From Monocercomonoides exilis PA203 (Eukaryota > Protista > Preaxostyla): DNA of 64,000 nucleotides. How positions within the stretch are numbered: position 1 is the first letter of the stretch; the number at the start of each line of letters is the position of its first letter. This document shows, in pieces, positions 1-12,784 of this stretch. A program made the translations under genes and the position numbers. Where the stretch lies: positions 186,001 to 250,000 of the forward strand of contig LSRY02000039.1 in NCBI GenBank assembly GCA_001643675.2, written 5' to 3'. Below the pieces are notes generated by a model, which had not been told where the DNA came from, searched no databases, and saw only the letters and a list, made by a program, of their open reading frames with translations.

Positions 1-703
1 AAACTTTATAAAAATAACATCCAGAAAAAAGTTATGATTTCAAAAATAATAACCCATATCTGGGGAATAAATCTGTATAATTGTTTTTTCTGAAAGAAAA
101 TTGTGAACCGTGAATTTTGAAATATGCAATCCAGAAGAAGAAACCTCGTGTGATATTGTTCGATGTGTGGTTTATGGATTTTGCTTCATTTTTTGTCTAT
201 TGAGATTCTTGTTTCGATCATTGTTCACTATTTTTTCACTTCCTTTTTGTTTTTCATTGTGAATAATATCTTTTCTAATCTGCAGTTTTTTGTATATATC
301 TGCTGGTGGTGATGTTTGTGAGTGTACATTCATTCGCATACAAGCTTTCGGACTTGCTTCTTCCACACATTTCTGTATAAATCTGTATGTTTTTTTCTTT
401 TTTCGATAGTTGCTGGAGTGTGTGGCCTTTTGTATTTTCCTTCAACCTCAGTATCCTTCTGCCTGAATTGTTCAATTTTTTTCTCTGTCTTCCTTTTCTT
501 TCAAAGCTGCTCTCATTCTAATATTTTCATGTATCATTTCTTCCAAAGGAGTGAAAAATGCATTACGATGTATTCAACTCTGTATTCTGATATAATATGA
601 ACTTGGCTACTCAATAACATCCTTTTGTTTGGTGTTCTGGCGTCTTGAAATGAAACCGTTTGCATCGTTAATTTAGAAAAATTTCGGTCAGTGATTGAGT
701 AAT

Positions 704-776
704 TATTTTATTTTTATTTTTTATTTTTATTTTTATTTTTATTTTTATTTTTATTTTTATTTTTATTTTTATTTTT
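704..776. repeat. (TTTTTA)n microsatellite
   Basis: Roughly a dozen tandem TTTTTA units read directly upstream of the nitroreductase gene. Confidence 0.9.
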
Positions 777-988
777 GATAGAACTCATCAAAAATATTAT
801 GAATAGATGTATTTTTTGATATCGAATTATTTTTTTTCTTCCCAAACTGCTTCAAGTCAAATGATTTTTTTAATCTTAAAAATTCTGTTAATTTGAACAT
901 AAAAGCGATTTTTGTCTATTCCATAATAATTCATTCAGAATTAGTTTCTCCGAGTTATTAGTTTATGGGTATGAAAACTGGTTTATAA

Positions 989-1618
989 ATGGAATCAACT
1001 GTGGAAGTTTTAAGACCAATACAAACACGATGCTCGTGCAGAAGAGTTTAAACAATGCAATATATTTATATTAGTAATATAATAATATTTTTGTCTTTTT
1101 AGTACGACCCAAAGCCTGTTCATCGAGAATTGCTTGAGGCTGTTCTTGAATCAGGAAGAAGGGCACCGTCTGGTAAAAACTTGCAACCTTGGCATTTTTA
1201 TGCTGTTGTGAATTCTGAGAAAAACAAGGAGATTGGTAGAAAAATCCAGCCAATTCTCGAAGAAAAAGTTCCACAGTTGAAAGGAAAAGCTGAACATATC
1301 GGCGTTTCAAACACGTTGTTTTATGATTCACCAGTTGTAATTTATATTACTGTTAAGAAAGATGGACTTTCAACAAAGTACATAGATTTGGGAATTGCAA
1401 TCGAAAATATGATGCTTCAAGCAGAAGCGCTTGGCTTATGCACACTTCCAGCAGCTATGCCCCAATGGTTTGGCTCAGAAATTATTACAAAAGAACTTGG
1501 CATTCCAGATTCGGAAGAATTTGTTATATCACTTTCATTGGGTTATCAACACCCTTCATTTGAAAAGAAACCTACTCAACGTGAACCTTTGGAAAAGGTC
1601 GTCACTTTTATTGAATAA
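989..1618 (+). CDS. Nitroreductase family flavoprotein (FMN-dependent), 2 exons: 989-1045 and 1103-1618
   Basis: Splicing the GT..AG intron 1046-1102 gives MESTVEVLRPIQTRCSCRRYDPKPV...RRAPSGKNLQPWHF...DLGIAIENMMLQAEALGLCT...LSLGY. These match the R-x-S-x-R-x-Y, APS..N.QPW and D.G.A..N..L.A...GLG motifs of the nitroreductase family. Confidence 0.93.
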
Positions 1619-2142
1619 ACCAAAGAAATACTTGAGTCTTATTTTATGAGTTATTTTTATAACGAATTGATGTTTTTTAATTTTGCGTTTTTTTTGATCT
1701 TAATGATATGAGAATATTTTTCATCCAAGCTTTCGGAATTGTTGGATAAAATATTCGCAAATAATGTTATTGAATGTGATATTAAAGACTTTCAGAGAAT
1801 ATTTTTCTTTTTTCTTACAAATAAAAATAAAAAGATAAAACATGTTTTCCAGAACTCGTTAAAGAAATTTTTTTTCCTGAAAGAAAATAAAAAATTTAAA
1901 AAATATCAATCTACACATGGAAATATCTCAATAAAAAAGACCAGTTGATGAAAAATAACAAACAAACAAAAAAAAAAAAAAATCATTCATTTTCAAAAAG
2001 TAACATCATCTTTTTCAGAAATAACTCAAAGTCCAAACACAAACATTCCATTTTCACTTTACACAGATAAAAGATGTTTTAGTGATTTCACAAATAATCT
2101 TTTGATGCATTTATTTTCATTCAATGCAACACTATTCTTTCT

Positions 2143-3539
2143 TCACCGATTCTTTTTTCTTGCTTCTTTGGGGACGGCAACTGAGATCTGTTGAGCATCA
2201 AAATCAATCGGATCTTCAAGACGATTCTGATAGGCGCTATCATTTTTCATCGAAGACGCATCTTCAGCTGACCCGTCAAAAGAGAAATCAACTCTGCTTG
2301 GCTGGTCATCCAGAAGCCTTATTTCATCTTCCGAAGTGCTTCGCTCTGTTGCTATCGTCCCGCTTTCTTTTCTCTGCGCTCCATGTTTCTTGTGATTGTG
2401 GCTTTCTCTTTTCTTTCTCTCCTTTTCCCTTTGCCCCATTTTTGTCTTTTGAGGAAGCGAAGAATGAGAAGGAGACAGCGAGATCGAGCCAAGTGCAATG
2501 CGTTGCATTGGATACATTCGCTGTGATTGGCTTTGAGAAGGAATTACAGATTTTGCACTGAAAAGACCAAATATAATCATAAACACCAGAGAAGGAACAA
2601 CTTCGACAAGGGAGTATTTCAGAGTCCAAACAAAAAAGTATGAAAAACTATTTTAAACAGATAAAAAAGAAGAAGCAACAAGAAAAGAAAATTGTTATTG
2701 CTTAAGTTTAATTAATATCATAAAATTTCAAACCAATGATCACTGAGACAACGCTCAAACATTATTCTGACCCCATCAATCGTGAAGTCATCATTGCAAA
2801 TGGATAAAATGGAGTATATAAATTGCACGAAGAAGATTGCTCCCAAAACAAATGTTGATATGGTTAACACCCAGAGCTTCCATTTAAACATCGATAGAAT
2901 TCCTGGGTTTAAAGAAATGCGAAACATTGATATCCCTTCAATTATCATGAGAATGCTAACGCCAATATAAAGCACTGAGAAAATTGCGTCAGATGCAATT
3001 TCGAATGATCGATTATCTTCGTTATTACCGTCATTGCTCCTCTTAAAAAAAAAAATGAAGTTAAAATTTTTTCTTATACAAAAAAAATGTTAAAATAGTC
3101 TACAAACTGAATCAATAATATTAAGTACAACGCTGCTAATGATGTCTATTGCGAACACAATAGATCCAATTAACGAGAAGAAAATTCGTCGATTTTTTGT
3201 TTTGAATAGTGGTAAAGAGAAAGAGATTCCAATCCAAACTGCAAATAAAAACCAAGGGAGAATCATCAAATAAGTCGGGAATGTCGAACAACTCAAAGAA
3301 AACGATAAGTATGAAAACGGAAAAGGAACAAAAAATATCATGCATCGATAAAGGAACGAAACAGATAAAAGAATCAAGATAATTTTCTTAAGTCGGTTTA
3401 CGTGCAATTTAGACGATTTAAATTCCATCACGGTTTGATATACAGAAAATAATAAGCAAAAAAAGAAAAATATTGCAAGTATTTTAAGAGGAAGGCTTCC
3501 ATTTCCATAAATTACTTTAACAAATTTGAAATAATTCAT
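2143..3539 (-). CDS. Multipass (about 7 TM) membrane protein, THH1/TOM1/TOM3-like; 3 exons (3539-3108, 3041-2734, 2647-2143), about 414 aa
   Basis: GT..AG introns join three hydrophobic ORFs in frame (1245 nt in total). The last helix YSLVEVVPSLVFMIIF resembles the conserved Y..LVE..PS motif of THH1/TOM1/GPR137-type proteins, followed by a charged cytosolic tail. Confidence 0.7.
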
Positions 3540-3842
3540 TTAATTTAAAAAATAAAACGAATACGTACCAGGACAATCGAACATTATGTCATCTTGAAAA
3601 AGACGCATAATGACGGTGATTAATGCGTTGAAATAGCTGGTTTTGTGAAATGCAAAAAATAAAAATGGGTAAAAAATGAGAAACATCAACTACCTCTAAT
3701 AATTTCACCATAAAAAATTTGTATTCTTTTCAAATGAAAAATAGAATAAAATAAATGCAAAAGATCATTTAACAACAATAATTTTCAATAACAACTACAA
3801 AAATTAATTCCTCTAAATCAGAACATTCATTTTGTTGTTTCT

Positions 3843-6800
3843 CTACAACGTGCGACTGGAATTCGCAGAAATGGGTGTTCGAATAGCGGTGCTTGAGCTA
3901 GAAGAGCTGGTACCTCTTCGCTCTGAAGTTAAAGGTGCATAAGGTGTCCTGGCTGAAGAACCAGAAGCCGTGCTTTGTCGAGTGAGAAATGAAGAAGAAG
4001 AAGAAGAAGAAGAAGAAGAAGAAGATGATGATGATGATGTTAATGACGATGATAATGCAGTCGCGTATTGACTCGTACCCGAAGACGACAAAACTGCTGA
4101 GGGTGTTTTGCTTATAGCCCTTTCGAGTGTCTGCGCCAACTCCATCTCAGCCTCTGCCCTGAGTCCCATCATCTCCATCCTCGCCTTCTCTGATGCCCTC
4201 CACTGCAGCCTCTCTCCATTCAGCCTCTCCTTCGCCAGCTCAGCCTCTTTCCTCGCTGCTGCCTCTGCCGAACGCGCACACACAACGTCTGCCTCTGCTG
4301 CTGCTATGCGCTCGCTCGCTGAGCGCAGCTCTTTCCGCATCGACTGCACCGCCTGCTTCAGCTCTTCTGCCTCTCTCTTCTTCTCTGCCAGCACACTCTC
4401 CAGCTCGTCCCGCTCAGATTTCAGCGCTTCTTTCTCTCTCATCCGCACCAGACACTCATTCTCTTTCTCTCTTCTCTTGTTTCTCTCTCGCTCTTTTTCT
4501 CTTTCTTTCTCTGCTTTCTCCCTTTCCAACTGCACCACTGCATCCTGCTTCTCTGCTGCTATATTTGCTGTCTCTTCAATCTCCTTCTTCAGCCTTTCTC
4601 CTTCCTCCACCGCAGCCTTCAGCCCTCTCTGCGCTTCCCTCAGCTCTCTTTCATTCGCCCTCAGCTTCTCCCGCACGGCTTCCAGTTCTTCTTCCAGCGC
4701 TTCGGCCTCTTTCTCTTTGATCTGCAGCGTTTCTTCGCTTTCTCTCGCCTTCTCCTCCAGCTCATTCACTTTGCTTTCTGTTTCCATCGAAATCTGCCTC
4801 AGCTTTTCTGTCTCTTCTGAAAGAGTGGCAATCGTCTCCTTCTCTGCACAGTGCAGCCGAAGAGAGAAGGAAGACAGCAGAGAACACACTGGATCTCTTA
4901 AATGACTCAAGGGAAGAGCAGAGGAAGAAAGAGAAGAAGAAGCAGAAGAAGCAGAAGAAGCAGAAGAAGAGGAAAAGCTGGCTATATTCTGCTCATTCTC
5001 CTCTCGTGTTGGCAAAGGCGGGAGAACACATTCAGTTCTGCTGTTGATCAGCGCCACAAACAGCGGAGACACCTCAAACGGGAAGAAAGCTCTGATTCCA
5101 TCGTCAAAACGAACAACTTGGCATTTCTCTTCCTCAAATGCGCTGTCACACACACGCAGAACAGAGAAGGGGTCAGAAGCGTCTGCCAATGAAAGGTCTC
5201 TACATCCACTGCCTGGTTTGGTTTCATAGACAGATTTGTATTTATTGATAGAAGAACTTTCTTCTTGTTCTTCTCCTTCTGCTGGCTTTTCTTGCCTTGT
5301 TTTCTTATTATTGATATTCGATCTTCTTTTGTTCAGCTGCTCATTGGTCGAAGGAGGAGAAGAAGAAGAAAGAGGAGAAATAAACAGAGGAAGAGCAACA
5401 GATTGCAAAGAGGAAGAAGAAGATGATGATGATGAAGGTGAATTCAGCAAATCAGCATTTGAAGAGTATTTTGGTGTTCGAGTAACACTTGAGGAAGGAG
5501 AAAGCCCGCGAAATGAAGAAGAAGAAGAAGAAGAAGAAGAAGAAGAAGAAGAAGAAGAAGGAGAAGCCAATGAAGAACTGTTCAAAGAAGATCGATAAGA
5601 AGAAGGTTGAATTGCGTTTCCATACACACGAGTGGAAGATGCAAACAGCTTGTGGATTCTGTTTGAGGCGATGACTGAAATAACAGCGACTCGGAAGCGG
5701 CGGAGCCAGATTTGAGACATATTTGAGGAGAAGATGGAAGAAGAAGAAGAAGAAGAGGAGGAGGAGGAAGAAGAAGATGATGATGCGTTCAATGATAAGC
5801 TAGCAGAAGAGGAGAAATTGGATGAATTGTTAGGCGAAGTGAATGAAGAAGAAGAATTCGAACGGATGCGGTTGACTTGCGCAGAGCTATTCAAATAGGT
5901 AGATTGAGGCGAAAGAGAAGAACGAGAGGAAGAAGAAGAAGAAGGAAGCGGAGTTGAAAGTGGATAATCATTCCTGTCAGATACAAATGAGCTTCTCTTG
6001 TTTTTGGAGGCAGTGCGCAACGTCTGCTCGCTGTTTAACTCATATTTTGATCGTTTACTCTGCTCTGAAAAGGCAAAAGGCGCATTTTCTGTGTTAATCT
6101 GCTGCTTTTGAAGAGAACCGGACAGCTCATTCTGCCTCGTTCCATTCAGATCCTCGCTTATCTGTGTGGCATTCACCACTTCCCTCTGAATCGCTAAGCA
6201 ATGCGCTTTCCCCTCTTCAAACCAGCTGTTCAGCATCTTCTTCTGCGCCGTCACATCTCTCAGCCTCACCCGCATCGCCTGCTCAATCCTTGCCATCATT
6301 CTGTTTGCCTCCTTCTCCTGTGACAGCGACGCATCCAGCGACTCCATGCTCTTCTTCATCTGCACATTCTCGTCTTCTCTTTCAGATAAGCTCCGCCTCA
6401 CTCCAAACAGCTCTGCCTCCAGCTGCTCAATCTCGTCCTTCAGCTTGTTCGTCTCGATTTCACTCAGCCTCTTCGTCTTCTCCTCCTTCGCACTGCTCTC
6501 TCTCTTTACTCTTTCTCTTTCTCTTTCTCCTTCATTTTTTATTCTCTCCACATCCTCTTCGTTTCTCGTTCTTTCCTCTTCCAACTGAAGCTGTGCGTTC
6601 TTCAGCTGCATCAGAACATCGCTGTTTGCCTGGCTCAGCTGTTGAATCTCGCTTTTCTGCCTTTTGTTGTCTGAGAGCAGTCGTTTCACATTGTTTTGTA
6701 GAGCTTCCTTCAAATTGGGCCAAGAAGATAAATCACTCACTGACACTTCTTCTTCTTCTTCTTCTTCTTCTTCTATTTCGTCCTCTTCCTCTTCATCTCC

Positions 6801-9631
6801 TTCTCCTTCTCTTCCTCCTTCTGTTTCGCTTCCCTCTTCGTTCACAGTATTTTCTCCGCTTCTTTCCTCTTCATCATCATCCTCTTCTCCTTTCTCATCT
6901 TCATCTGCATTCCTTTTCCCTTTCCCTTTCCCTTTCCCTTCTTTGCTTCTCTTTCTCATTTTCATTCTTCTGCTTTCCTTCTTCTCTGTTGGCTGCAACG
7001 CAAAGATCGTGTTCAACACACTCTTTACAGCCCTCTCTCTTTCTCTCAGCTCCTGTATCGCCATCTCCTTCTGCTGCTCCTCCTCTTCTGCTCTGTCTTT
7101 CTCTTCTTCTCTCTCCTTCTCCACTGCCTCCAGCTCATTCCGCAGCCGCTCCACTTCTCTTTCGCTCGCCTCGCACTGGTTCTTCGCTGCAGACAGCTCC
7201 GACTCAGTTTTCGCCTTCTCCTTCTGCTCATTCACGACTTTGCTCTTGTTCTGCCTGGCTGCTTCTCTTGCCTCGCTCAGCCGGTTCAGAACAAGTGTGA
7301 GCTTCTCTGCAAGCGAGCTGGCACTCACAGAAAGAGTTGGGTTGTCGATGGAAGGAGGAGGGGTGAGCGGAGAGAAGGAAGAGGAGAAGCGATAAGGAGA
7401 AGATGGAGAGGAGAAGGCAGATGAAGAGGAAGAAGCAGAAGATGAAGAAGAGGGAGAAGAAGAAGCGAATGAAGACAAAGTCTGAGAAACAGCTCGTGGG
7501 GTGTCTGTTGGATAGCGCCGGAGTGGAGTTGAGGTGGAGGAAGACGAAAGAGCAGCATCGAGAATGGGCTGATTGGATGGAAGAGGAATGTAATCACTGT
7601 CATTAGAAGAAGGATCAGAAGAGTCAGATGAAGAAAAGTTAGAAGATGAAGCAGAAGAGGAGGAGGAAGAAGAAGTAGATGGAAAAGGAGACGAATAAGC
7701 GCCAGGGGTATTTGACACATTAAACAACGGTATAGAACCAGGAGACGAGGCAGGAGTGGCATAATTCACCGACAAAGGAGAATTGTGCTTGTCAAACGAA
7801 GGAAGAGTCCCACCGTCCAGCACAACTCCTGCGATTCTCCGCATCCACCCATGCACTGCACACAGCTGCTCCACAACCGCCGCCAGCTCCTCGTCTTTCT
7901 TCCTTTCCCGCTCTTTCCCTTTCTCCTTCTCCTCTTCCAGCCGCCTGATCTTCTCTGCCCCTCGCTTCAGGTCTTCTTTGTATTGCCCCATCTTCTTCTC
8001 CTTCTCCACAGCTGCTGCACCATACAGCAGCTCTTCCCGTTCTGCCTGCAGATCTTCAATTTTCCTCTGTGAATCAACTAATTTCGCATTGACCTCGTTC
8101 AGTTTCTGTCCCAGTGCATTCGCCTCTTCCTCTTTCACTTGAAGATCAACTGCTGTCGCCTTCCATTTGTTGAGCGATTTTTCCAAGTTTTCCGTTTTTT
8201 CTCTTTCTGTTTCTAATTCATCGTGCAATCTTGCTTCTTCAGCTTCAAACTGCTCCTTCATTGACACCTGCTCTTTCTTCTGTTCTTCGATCTTTTCCGC
8301 TTTCTTCTCGTTTTCTTCAATCAGCTGCTCTTTCTCCTCTTCCACTCTGTTCTTCTCTTCATTCAGATTGTCAATCTCTGCCATCATCTGCCTCTTCTCC
8401 TCTTCCCACTCTTCCCTCTCTCTTTCTAACTGTTCTCTGATCCCCCTCTCTTTCTCCAGCTCTTCTTTCAGCTCAGCAGAAATCCGGCCTTCCTCCTTTG
8501 CTTCGACAGAGGCAGTCACTGCTTCGTCTCTCCAACGCTCCGTCTCCTTTTCTTGTGTATGCAAGCGAACATATGCAGTCTATTGAAATATTCACATATT
8601 TAAATATTTTAATGTCAATTATTAAAATGAATAATAAGATGATATTTACTCCAATAATGAATGATTAAATATTACAAAGAGCACACCGTTAGCTCATCTT
8701 GCACTCTTTTCAGATTCCTCTCTCTTGTATCTGCATCCGTTTCTAAAGCTTTTATCCTTGCATCTTGTTCCAATGAAATATGGTTCCAATCTCCTTCCCG
8801 CTCCAATTCTTCATCCTGGAGTCGATTAATCTGCTCTTTCATTGTCTTTTCTTTGGCTTCCATAATTCTGAGACTGGCTTTGGCTTCTTCAAGAGCACTT
8901 GAGCTTTCCTTTGATCTTTGCTCACTTTCTCTTAATTGTTCTTCAACTGAATCCAAAGTTGCTAAAAGCTCTTCTTGCTTTTTCTCGAGAAACACCACTC
9001 TTCCTTCAAGTTCGCTAATTTCCTGATCACGCCTCTCAATTTCTTGTGACAAACGCTTCACCTGCATTAATTCATAAAAAATTAGCAATGAAAATTCGAT
9101 AATCTGAGCAAACTGGCTCTTTCATTGATCTCACAAATTGTATGCTTCCTTCTTCGAGCTTTGCTGTTTGCGATCTAATTTGTTCTTCGTTCATTGTTAG
9201 TATTTCATCTTTCTGATTTTCAAAAATAAAAAAATGAAAACTCAATGTTAAGCTAAAAAAATGACCTTTGGAGAAAGAGCTCTATTTCTTTTTGCTATTT
9301 CAAGAAGTGGAGTGCTCTGAGGAACTTTTTTCGAACTATTAATCAAAAACAACAATAAATCCAAGATTTAATTGGCTTCTCTGAAGTTGAACACACGTCG
9401 ATGATATATCAGATTTGTAGGGCGAGTATTTCGTTAATGGTGTTTTCAACATTTCTTCTGTTCTCTGTGGGGTTCGAAAACTTTGTTCATAGATGGAATT
9501 TGAAAGTGGCTGAGTCTCTTTTGAACTCAAAGATTTTCGTTGAACTTCCAATTCGAAAAATTTAAAGATATAAAAACAATAATACATTATAGCATACGTA
9601 TTGTTGACAATCTTTGCGGATGCTCCGTCAT
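3843..9631 (-). CDS. Large coiled-coil protein with a PACT-like (pericentrin/AKAP450, CCDC171-like) motif; about 6 exons
   Basis: ATG at 9631 (MTEHPQRLSTI), short exons linked by GT..AG introns, then exon ORFs 8672-9088 and 3843-8564. E/K/R-rich heptad segments, plus motifs RLRDVTAQKKML and RRFRVAVISVIASNRI. Confidence 0.8.
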
Positions 9632-9806
9632 CGATTAAGTTTAAAATCGATCTGATTTTACCCACAATATTTCAGTATTTTCATTAAATCATAAAACATA
9701 TTTTTTTAATTTTGGTGGTTTAAAAATAATCAAAAAGTTTTGTTTGAATATTTTAAGTGAATTTGATTTTTCAGATCTGCACCAATATCGATAGTCTTTT
9801 TTTTCT
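9632..9806. promoter_or_regulatory. Putative bidirectional promoter between the coiled-coil gene and MON2
   Basis: Only about 175 bp of AT-rich DNA separates two divergent start codons. No specific motif identified. Confidence 0.45.
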
Positions 9807-12752
9807 ATGCACTCAAAAAAGACCAGCGTCGAAAAGAGTTTCAGCGAAACTCTAATAGCTGGCATTACAACTCTTTCTCAAGAGCGGCAATCGAAAAAAG
9901 AACCTTTGAAGACAGAATTTTCGAATGCACTTTCATTTTTGAAACATTCTTGTGGTGGAAGCGATACACATACCATATCACAGCGTCTTTGTACAAACGA
10001 AATCATAATTACTCCTTTAATTCATATCACTTTGAAATCAAATGATTTAGTTCAACTTAGACACGAAATTCTTATGAAACTAATTGATAATGCTTGCCTC
10101 AGTCGAAAGGCATTTTTGCTTCTCTTTGAATTTATTGATTCAAACCACCAAGCATGTGGAAACGAGCAAGCTGCGAATAGGCTTATCCAACTTCTTCGAA
10201 ATGTTGTTTCAAGAGAAACTTCTGGAGATGCTTTATTTGGTGGATTTTTGATATCACTTTCTTTTCTTGAGTCAAAAGTTAATCACATTCAAAATGGTTC
10301 AAAGGAATTACCGAATGTTGCAATTACTACGATTTGCCGTAGATTTATAAACACATTTGGACTTGATTCAGATATTGCTCCAAGTCAGCAACGTCCACTG
10401 AGCTTTGCTGAAATTAACATATCACAAGATACTTTGAAGCTTTTTGATTACATTTTAGATATGATCTATCATGAACCAAAAGCTGTTTCATGGCATCATA
10501 CCTGGACTTATCTTCTCCCATTCACAGAATATGCATTTTTACTGTCTTTACCTCGATCACCTCATTTTTCGCGATTTCTTCGATCAATTCAAAATAAATT
10601 CGTTCCTTTAATTGCCTCATCATTCGGCGCACCAACTCGCTTGATTCAAAGTGTGCTGTCAACTCGGCTAACCTCATATCACAAAGCAGTTGTTAAACAA
10701 TCGAAAGAAGGGAAGAAGCGCCACTATGCCTCAGAAGTCTTCCACGGCAGCTGTGTGTACCATGCTGTGTTTCCCTTTTGTGTGGTGTATCCCACCAGGC
10801 AGGAGGATGAGCAGTCCGTCAAGAGCGTGTCTTCTTATCCTCCTTCTGTTCTGGACAGCGAAGATGGAGACGAGGAGCAAGAAGACGAATGCTCTGAGGA
10901 ATGCGGAGAAGAAGAAGAAGAAGAAGAGGGGGAGGAGGATGAGGAAGAAGAAAGTAGAAGAGGCGAAAGGAATGAACGAGAAACTACAACAGTCCCTCAT
11001 TTTGGGAAAGTGCCGCTGGAAGACTACTCGTGGCGCGATGAATACGATGACTGGGAATACAGACAACGGATGAGATCACAGAACAACCACATTTCTATTG
11101 ACTCTTCATCTTCTTCTTCTTCTCTTCCTCCTTCTTTTCCTTCTTCTTCTTCTGTTTCATCTTCAACAAAGCTGCCATCGCATCGCTGGATTGAGATCGA
11201 AGAAGGGCTCGATGCAGCGCGGGCAGCTGTCAATGCGTCTGTGGAGTTCCGAATGGCCACCACACCTCAGCACCTTCTCTTCCACTCTGCCTCTCTCTCT
11301 CATTCTCTGTCATCTCGCCCTTTTTCTCCTCTCCTCCCCTCTGAGATCAGCGCCATCACGTCATTCGCGCTCCTCCCTCTCCATCAGCAGAGCATCCTCC
11401 TTCAGCCCCACCCTTCCCCTGTACATTTGCACACCCTTTCCAATTCTTCTGCCATTTCATTCGCTTCTCAATACAACAACTCCAACTCACCTTATTCCTC
11501 ACTTTCAGGCTCTTTATTTGCACAGAGCCAGCATGCATATTCTTCTTCTCCACAGCCAACAGAAGTTCTTCTGGATGATTCTTCTTCCTCTTCTTCCTCT
11601 TCTTCTATTGCTCCTTCAACCTTATCTGAACTTTCAATTCCTTCTTCTTCTTCTTCTTCTTCCTCCTCATCATCGTATTCATCATCCCCATCTCCTCCAC
11701 TCTCTGCCACATCTCACACTTCTCCCATGTCCCACTCCTCCTCTCTCTCTGCTTCTTCTTCTTCCTCCAACTCTTCCTCCTCCTTCTCTTCTTCCTTCTC
11801 TTCCTCCTCTTCTCCTCCATCCAGCACACCCCGCCAGTTCAGCGCTCGCAGTGTCTCAACCACATTTCCCATCCGATCGCCCGCTTCGACTGCGTCTTCC
11901 CTCTCAAGCAAGACACAAACAGTGCCCACTCCTTCACGTGGCTTCCTCTCCCTCTTCTCTGCTCTTGGAGGAAACAAAAACTCTCCTTCCCCTTCTCCTT
12001 CCCCTCAATCATCAAAACAAGACACAGGCTCATCATCATCTTCTTCTCCCTCTCATTCAGACGCCGCCCTACCCCCAGTCACCCCAACCTCTCTGTCAAT
12101 GCTCACTCTCGGCTTCTCGCCAGCCCACCGCCTCGGCCCTTCCTTCTCCATCCACAACTTCGACGAGCAGTCACACGCAGGATTCGCCCGCACCCCGCGC
12201 CACAAGACCGCCGCCTTCACATCTGCCGTGTCTGCCTCCTATTCCACCGTCTCCTCCTCCACTTCTCCACACACGCTCGCCTCTCAGCTGCCTCCGCCCA
12301 CGCCCACCAGCGACACCCTCCAGTCTGCCCCTGTCATTGCCACTCTTGCGCTGAGGCTGCTGGCTGCGCTTGGGCCGTTCTTGGTGACGGAATCTGTGCT
12401 TCTCATCCACTCCATTGCTCTCCTCGCTCACTCACCTGACACACTCAGCAGGGCGGTCGCTGTGCGTGTGCTGTTTGCCATCTTCTCTGACCCGGCGCTA
12501 CTTGCGTTCGTGTACTACATCACTGCGCCTGTCGAGAAGTCGGTTCTGTTTGCTCCTTTTTCTGAGACATCGAATGAGTTTTCAAATGTAACTTCATCAT
12601 CGTCATCGATAACATCTTCTTCTTCTTCTCTTCTTCATTCTCCCTTTCCTTCTCCTTCTACTGCTTCGACTGTTTCATTGCCATCTGACTTTGCTGAGTG
12701 CAATCCCAATAACAACAACACCTCATTTTCTGAATCTGCATCTTCTTCCTCT

Positions 12753-12784
<32 letters not shown>

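Noticed and set aside
1-650. Possible gene fragment on the minus strand
   Set aside because: Only short overlapping ORFs with no recognisable motif or consistent splice model.
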